The notes beneath the pieces were generated by a model. That model searched no databases. It was not told the origin of the DNA and saw only the letters and a list, made by a program, of their open reading frames with translations. Shown here in pieces: positions 58,459 through 64,000 of a stretch of 64,000 bases of DNA (position 1 is the first letter of the stretch; each line of letters starts with the position of its first letter). The translations under genes and the position numbers were made by a program. The DNA is from an uncultured delta proteobacterium. Its GTDB lineage: Bacteria > Desulfobacterota > Binatia > UBA9968. Location of the stretch: assembly GCA_963745835.1 (NCBI GenBank), contig CAVUZH010000016.1, forward strand, positions 384,001 to 448,000, written 5' to 3'.

Positions 58459-60778
58459 TCACTTGAGTGAACTCTGCTCGGAGCCACCTAGGCCGAGCAA
58501 GCTCACAGCGAAGTTGAAAGTAGTCTTGGCAGGATTGATGTCGCGGTGTACGCCCACCGTTAAAGTCCAACACTCGCAGCGAGAGAGAAGCTTGGCGGCG
58601 GCTCGGACGTTTAAGAAGCGGTTTTCTCGCGCATCGTATGTCGTATTGACGTTAGTTAACAGGTGTTCAGTTAAATGATAGAGACCTCCCAAGACCAAAT
58701 TGCCAACGGTGGTCTTGTTCACAACTGATGGGCAAGCGGGATCGAATGGATTATCGACGCAGTCAATGTTGGCGTTCTCGGCCAAGAAGCCATTAACCCC
58801 CCTGCTCAGGTAATGGTAACCGATGCTGATTGAGTTAGGGCGGTTGAAATCTGCGTCCAAATAGAGACGCGTCGGCGGTCGAGGATCGCTAAACGTAACA
58901 TTCGCACGCGCTTGAGTTATCTCCCAGGGTCCGGGGTCAAATCCGCCATCAAAAGTAAAGCTGAGATAATTTGACGGGGTGAGATACAGGTTTATATCCA
59001 AGTCGGAGAGGGTATCACCGCCTTTTCGCTCTTTGTCGATGTCATACGTTAACGCAAATCTCAAAGATCCCATATTGCGCACATCTCCGCCGAGACCGAC
59101 ATTAAACGGTTCGACCCGTTGATCAGCGTCGAGAACTGTCAGGGGACTGATAGGTTTGCCTAAGAAGCGATTCGTTACGCCGAAGGTAACAACGTTCCTG
59201 CGGCGAACTCGATCGATGTCGTCCATGATTGGAATTCGACTCTGGTCCGTACCAGGAACAAACAGATAACTCAACTCAGGCTCAACCACATGCTTGATTC
59301 TGCTGAGTCCTAAGCCGCTCCATGGAAACACCCGACCAAGCGATGTGCCGATATTGCCGCGGATTTCAACAAGCTCACGGGACACGTTGTGGTCGGAAGA
59401 CTGGACCGTTTCATAGAGATGGTATAGCGTCTGGCGCGGCGCAACCGAGAAGGAACCAAACAGGGACGACATTCGCAGCGGCAGCAGAAGTTCCGGCCGA
59501 AGATCCAAACGCATGCCATCGCCGCCTTGTCTCCGGATGTAATTGACGCCTTCTGCTCGCCAGCGCATTTCCAACGGAAAATCTTCCAAGCCTTTTCTTC
59601 CCCAAAAAGAAATTTGTGGCGTTCGATGCAAAGTCGTCGCATCCGGCTGGACGAAATCCTGATAGAAATTCCATTCGCCTTGTAGATGAGTGTCTCCCCA
59701 GCTCCTGAAAACCCCGAATCTAGAAGTGGCATACCGGCTGCTTCGGATGTCGCCTTGCGCCGTCGGCGAAAGGTCGAAGCGTTCCACCAACTCTCTTGTA
59801 AATAGATCGTCTCCGTAAGCGGCAATGTCGCTATAGGTCAGCCAGTTTGAAGCGAAGTCATGCCGATGCGTTCCCATGACTCCCCAGCGATCAATAGGGA
59901 TCTCCGGGTCCGCGATAGTCGAATCGGCAATGGACCGCTGGTCGCGCAGTCGTTCGTTGAAATAACTGGTTTGTAAGAGGAAATCGGAGTCACGATCAAA
60001 GAGCGTGCGGAATTCGTTCAAAAAACCGTAGCGCGCCTCGCTCTGATAATCGAACGCCAATGTGGTATCGGTGCTTTTGGAGATAGCCCAGAAGAAAGGC
60101 TGCTGAAAACGGAAACCTTCTTCCGTCGAAGTGCCGAATTTTGGGAACAGGAAACCGGTTTGCCGCTCGGTTTTCAACGGGAAGAACCCGTAAGGGAGGT
60201 AAAAAACCGGGATGTCATAGATATAGAAATAGCCGTTTCTTGATCGTTCCCAGGCCACCCGCTGTGAGGTCGAGTTGTTCGGCCGAAAACCTCCATGGGG
60301 CCGGACCCGATTCGCACAGGCAGGTGGTAAAGAAGCCTTCATCAACGTGATAGGTCTGGCCGCCCAACTTCTGAAATCGGCGGCCGCTTATGCTGATGTG
60401 CCCTTGTTCAATAAACAGGTCGGCGTTGGTAATTTCGCCGGTTTCGTTGCCCAGGTTTAGCCGTATGGACTCTGCGGAATTTATTTTCCATTCGGGATCG
60501 TCCAGCGAAATCTTTCCTGTCGCCTCAATGTCTTGAGTGGTCCGGTTTACATTAATTTGCTCGGCCTTAAGTGTGGTTCCTTGGCGCTCGATCTCGACGT
60601 TGCCGCTGGCTTCGATCTGAGCGCCGCTTTCGCTGACCGTCAACTTGTCAGCCGTCATGTTGATTTGATCGTCCGAGCCGCTACCTCGCTGGGTTGTTTG
60701 TGCCTGCCCATAACCTGCGCCTGCGGACAAACACCACAGGGCGAAAATATTGATGAGAAGAATTTTTCTTGGCTTCAT
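58459..60778 (-). CDS. lptD: LPS-assembly outer-membrane protein LptD; frameshift near 60240
   Basis: Signal peptide; OstA-like N-domain; FTTC; RQTGFLFP; PFFWAI; HVVEP; C-terminal CECW barrel strands. Confidence 0.9.
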
Positions 60779-60798
60779 TTTCTACGGCCGGGGAGAAC

Positions 60799-62103
60799 TC
60801 AGTTGAAGTTACTGTGCCCAGATTGTCTTGTCTGCGCCATGGTTGTGAGCAGAGGGCGTACTTCGCCAAGCAGGTAAAGCGATCCTGTGATGACGATCAC
60901 TTCATTGGGTGCGGCGCCTTGGACGAGAGATTCGACAGCTAAACGGGGATCCGGAATAACTTGAGACTGCAGTTTGCCAGCCACTTGCTGTTGCAACTGA
61001 ACCGGGTCAGCGCTCCTTTCCAGTTGACTGACTCGAGTAAAAACGATCTCGTCCACGACTCCTGCCAGAGTGTCGAGCATGAATCGCCAGTCTTTATCCT
61101 CCATGACGGCAAACAACACTCTTATTCGTCGGCCACCCCGCAACTGGCGAAGTTCATCGATTAGAACGTCAATGCCTTCCCTATTATGCGCGCCATCAAT
61201 GATCACGGTCGGATCCGTTAAGATCACTTCCATCCGTCCAGGCCATGATACATTTTGCAAACCAGAACGTATTGCTACCTCGCTGGCGGGGAATCGATCG
61301 TCAACGACCTCCAGCGCCGCAGTGGCAACACCGGCGTTACGAATTTGATGCGCGCCGCGCAGCGCCACTGTGAGATCCGGCAAATTCCATTTCGCACTCT
61401 TATAGTCGAAAGCGCCGTTGCTTTTCAACTTTAAAGTGAAGTTTTGTCCCAATCGGTAGCTTGCAGCTTGGTTCTTATGAGCTATCTCCTCGATTACCTC
61501 CGTAGCTTCCGGCGGCAGAGAGCCACAGACGACCGGAACCCCTTTCTTGATGATGCCGGCCTTCTCCCGCGCGATGGAAGCTATATCAGAGCCGAGAAAA
61601 GCTTCATGGTCTTTAGAGATAGTCGTGATAACGGATACGATTGAGTGAACTAGATTAGTGGCATCGAATCGACCGCCAAGCCCCACTTCGATCACTGCCA
61701 GGTCAATCTGTCGGCGGGCAAAATATACCAATGCCATCACCGTTACGATTTCAAAAAACGTCAAGAGAATATTAGTCGCCTCTGTTCGGCGCCAAATTTC
61801 GTTGGCGAGCGCGACAACTTCATCCGGCGTAATTTCTTCGTCGCCAATGCGCATACGTTCGGTGAAGGAGACCAAATGCGGAGAGGTATACAGCGCGGTG
61901 CGATAACCGGCGCAGCAGAGGATTCGATGCAGCATCGCGGCAGTCGATCCTTTACCGTTGGTGCCGGCAATGTGAACAGAAGGAAATGTTTTCTCCGGAT
62001 GATCAAACAGCGCCAGCGCCCGTTCCATCCGCTCCAGGCGCAAATCGATAATGCCGCCGCGCAGGTTATAAATTCGATTCAGAGTTTCTAGGTAGGCATC
62101 CAT
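60799..62103 (-). CDS. folC: Folylpolyglutamate synthase/dihydrofolate synthase
   Basis: HIAGTNGKGS, YTSPHL, EVGLGGRFDATN, WPGRME, DGAHN and TGSLYL. Confidence 0.96.
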   Translation of the reverse strand: MDAYLETLNRIYNLRGGIIDLRLERMERALALFDHPEKTFPSVHIAGTNGKGSTAAMLHRILCCAGYRTALYTSPHLVSFTERMRIGDEEITPDEVVALANEIWRRTEATNILLTFFEIVTVMALVYFARRQIDLAVIEVGLGGRFDATNLVHSIVSVITTISKDHEAFLGSDIASIAREKAGIIKKGVPVVCGSLPPEATEVIEEIAHKNQAASYRLGQNFTLKLKSNGAFDYKSAKWNLPDLTVALRGAHQIRNAGVATAALEVVDDRFPASEVAIRSGLQNVSWPGRMEVILTDPTVIIDGAHNREGIDVLIDELRQLRGGRRIRVLFAVMEDKDWRFMLDTLAGVVDEIVFTRVSQLERSADPVQLQQQVAGKLQSQVIPDPRLAVESLVQGAAPNEVIVITGSLYLLGEVRPLLTTMAQTRQSGHSNFN

Positions 62104-62150
62104 AGGGTTTGATACTCATCCGGGAGAGGGTGCCTGTAGGAACCGGGGCT

Positions 62151-62972
62151 CTAGCGTTTTCGACCGTTACTGCGGGATCTTTTCATCGCGCGTTTGATCT
62201 TCGAGACAAAATCTGCGGCGGCTTGGGCCTTGGCCAAGCTCCCGCTGGCGCGCTCAATAGTTTCAACCAGTGCGCTGCCAATAACTACTGCATCGGCGAA
62301 TTCAACGATCCATGCGGCTTGCTGCGGGGTGGAAATGCCGAATCCAACACCGACTGGAATCGACGTCATCCGTCGCACTTGGGCTATCTGAGAACGCAGC
62401 TGCTCATCCAGGGATCGCCGCGCTCCAGTGACTCCGGTCACGGATACGTAGTAAATAAAACCGCGAGCCTTTCGAGCCACAAGTTCTAATCGCGCCTTGC
62501 CGCTGGCCGGAGACAAGAGAAAAATCAAGTCCATTCCTTCGGCGTCAGTCCACTGCTTCAACTCCTCGCCCTCTTCCGGCGGCAAGTCGACACAGAGAAC
62601 ACCGTCGGCTCCGGCTCGCGCCGACTGGCGGGAAAACTCTTCTAAGCCGAATCTAAAAAATGGATTGAAATAACCAAAGAGAATTACCGGAATCTCAGAA
62701 GTGGAGCGGAATCGCCGAAGCATTTGCAGGATCTGGGTGAGAGTAAGCTGATTTTTCAACGCGCGTTCGGACGCGCGTTGGATCGTAGGGCCGTCCGCAG
62801 TCGGATCGGAGAAAGGAATTCCCAGCTCGATGCAATCGGCTCCACCCGCTTCAAGGGCGCGCATGATTGCAAGCGTGGTCTGGAGATCCGGATCTCCGGC
62901 CGTGATAAACGGAATGAGCGCCGCTTCGTCGGCCTTTTTAAGCTCAGAGAATTTTTTTTGTATTCGACTCAT
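62151..62972 (-). CDS. trpA: Tryptophan synthase alpha chain
   Basis: ITAGDP, ELGIPFSDPTADGPTIQ, DLPPEE, GVTG and VGFGIS. Confidence 0.97.
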   Translation of the reverse strand: MSRIQKKFSELKKADEAALIPFITAGDPDLQTTLAIMRALEAGGADCIELGIPFSDPTADGPTIQRASERALKNQLTLTQILQMLRRFRSTSEIPVILFGYFNPFFRFGLEEFSRQSARAGADGVLCVDLPPEEGEELKQWTDAEGMDLIFLLSPASGKARLELVARKARGFIYYVSVTGVTGARRSLDEQLRSQIAQVRRMTSIPVGVGFGISTPQQAAWIVEFADAVVIGSALVETIERASGSLAKAQAAADFVSKIKRAMKRSRSNGRKR

Positions 62973-63061
62973 CCTGAATCAAGTTGTTAGCTTGAGCTGA
63001 AAGCTTACTGCGCGGCGATTCTGCGGCGCTAAGATCTGTGGCAAGCACGATCCACGGGTGC

Positions 63062-64000
63062 CTACAACTTCACTCCCAGGTAATCTCCCACGGTGCCCAT
63101 ATCTTTATCACCCCTGCCGGATAAATTAACCAAGATTGTCTTACGTTTCCCTAATCGCGGCGCGAGCTGCATCACGGCAGCGATGGCATGAGCGCTTTCC
63201 AGCGCGGGGATGATTCCTTCAACCTGAGCGAGAAACTGGATCGCCTCCATCGCCGCGCGATCGGTCGCCGACGCAAACTCCACTCGACCCAGATCCTTGA
63301 AATAGCTCAGCTCGGGTCCGACGCCCGGATAGTCCAGTCCGGCAGCGATCGAATGGGTCTCGCGGATTTGTCCGGCATCATCTTGCAAGATGTAGCTCTT
63401 GCTGCCATGCAACACACCGACCTCGCCGCCAAGGACCGAGGCGGCGTGCTTGCCGCTTCTCAGCCCGCGTCCGGCTGCCTCGACACCGACCATACGCACA
63501 TTTCGATCGTTGACGAACGGGTAAAACAATCCCATGGAGTTGCTGCCGCCGCCGACGCATGCAACCAGGCAATCAGGGAGTCTGCCTTCCTGTTTCAATA
63601 TCTGCCGGCGCGCTTCTTGTCCGATCACCGACTGAAAATCGCGCACCATCATCGGGTATGGATGAGGGCCGGCCACGGAACCGATCAAGTAATACGTGTG
63701 GAAAACATTTGTCACCCAATCGCGCAACGCTTCGTTCATCGCGTCTTTCAAGGTCTTGCTGCCGGATTCGACGACGCGCACCTTCGCGCCAAGAAGCTTC
63801 ATCCGAAAAACGTTGAGCGACTGCCGAGCGACGTCTTCCTTTCCCATGAAAATTTCGCATTGCATGCCGAATCGCGCGGCTACGGTTGCGGTGGCGACGC
63901 CGTGCTGCCCCGCGCCGGTTTCCGCGATGATTCGGGCCTTTTTCATTCGCCGGGCCAGCAGAATCTGGCCGATGGTATTGTTGATCTTATGGGCGCCGGT
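63062..64000 (-). CDS. trpB: Tryptophan synthase beta chain; 5' end lies outside the window
   Basis: The frame is open to the window edge: TGAHKINN (PLP Lys), [24 protein letters not shown] and NLSGRGDKD. Confidence 0.97.
   Translation of the reverse strand, partial: TGAHKINNTIGQILLARRMKKARIIAETGAGQHGVATATVAARFGMQCEIFMGKEDVARQSLNVFRMKLLGAKVRVVESGSKTLKDAMNEALRDWVTNVFHTYYLIGSVAGPHPYPMMVRDFQSVIGQEARRQILKQEGRLPDCLVACVGGGSNSMGLFYPFVNDRNVRMVGVEAAGRGLRSGKHAASVLGGEVGVLHGSKSYILQDDAGQIRETHSIAAGLDYPGVGPELSYFKDLGRVEFASATDRAAMEAIQFLAQVEGIIPALESAHAIAAVMQLAPRLGKRKTILVNLSGRGDKDMGTVGDYLGVKL

Overview
A gene-dense bacterial chromosomal segment, almost entirely on the minus strand. Gene content suggests a diderm delta-proteobacteria-like organism such as Ca. 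Binatia (inference only). In transcription order (right to left) it holds: (1) trpB (partial)-trpA-folC-lptD; (2) a ~34-kb surface-glycan locus with two separate nucleotide-sugar cassettes, three polyprenol-phosphate GT2 enzymes and four GT-C-like polytopic membrane proteins; (3) two convergent secreted FG-GAP beta-propeller proteins, one a matrixin-type metalloprotease preceded by a stand-alone copy of its TIMP-like N-domain; (4) a type II secretion operon gspE-F-G-H-I-J-K-L-M-C-D with a probable secretin-SPOR fusion; (5) a cofactor-maturation operon yqeB-coxD-coxE-xdhC-archaeal-type riboflavin kinase-ubiX-fni (partial). Sugar cassette 1 (37.0-44.7 kb) mirrors the lincosamide GDP-octose enzyme set. 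Cassette 2 (48.6-58.2 kb) combines a ColD-type 3-dehydratase, a ThDP E1 alpha/beta pair and a B12 radical SAM enzyme. About ten genes, including lptD, are broken by frameshifts, most likely assembly indels. No rRNA, tRNA, CRISPR array or transposase was recognised. All calls come from motif recognition by eye; no searches were run.
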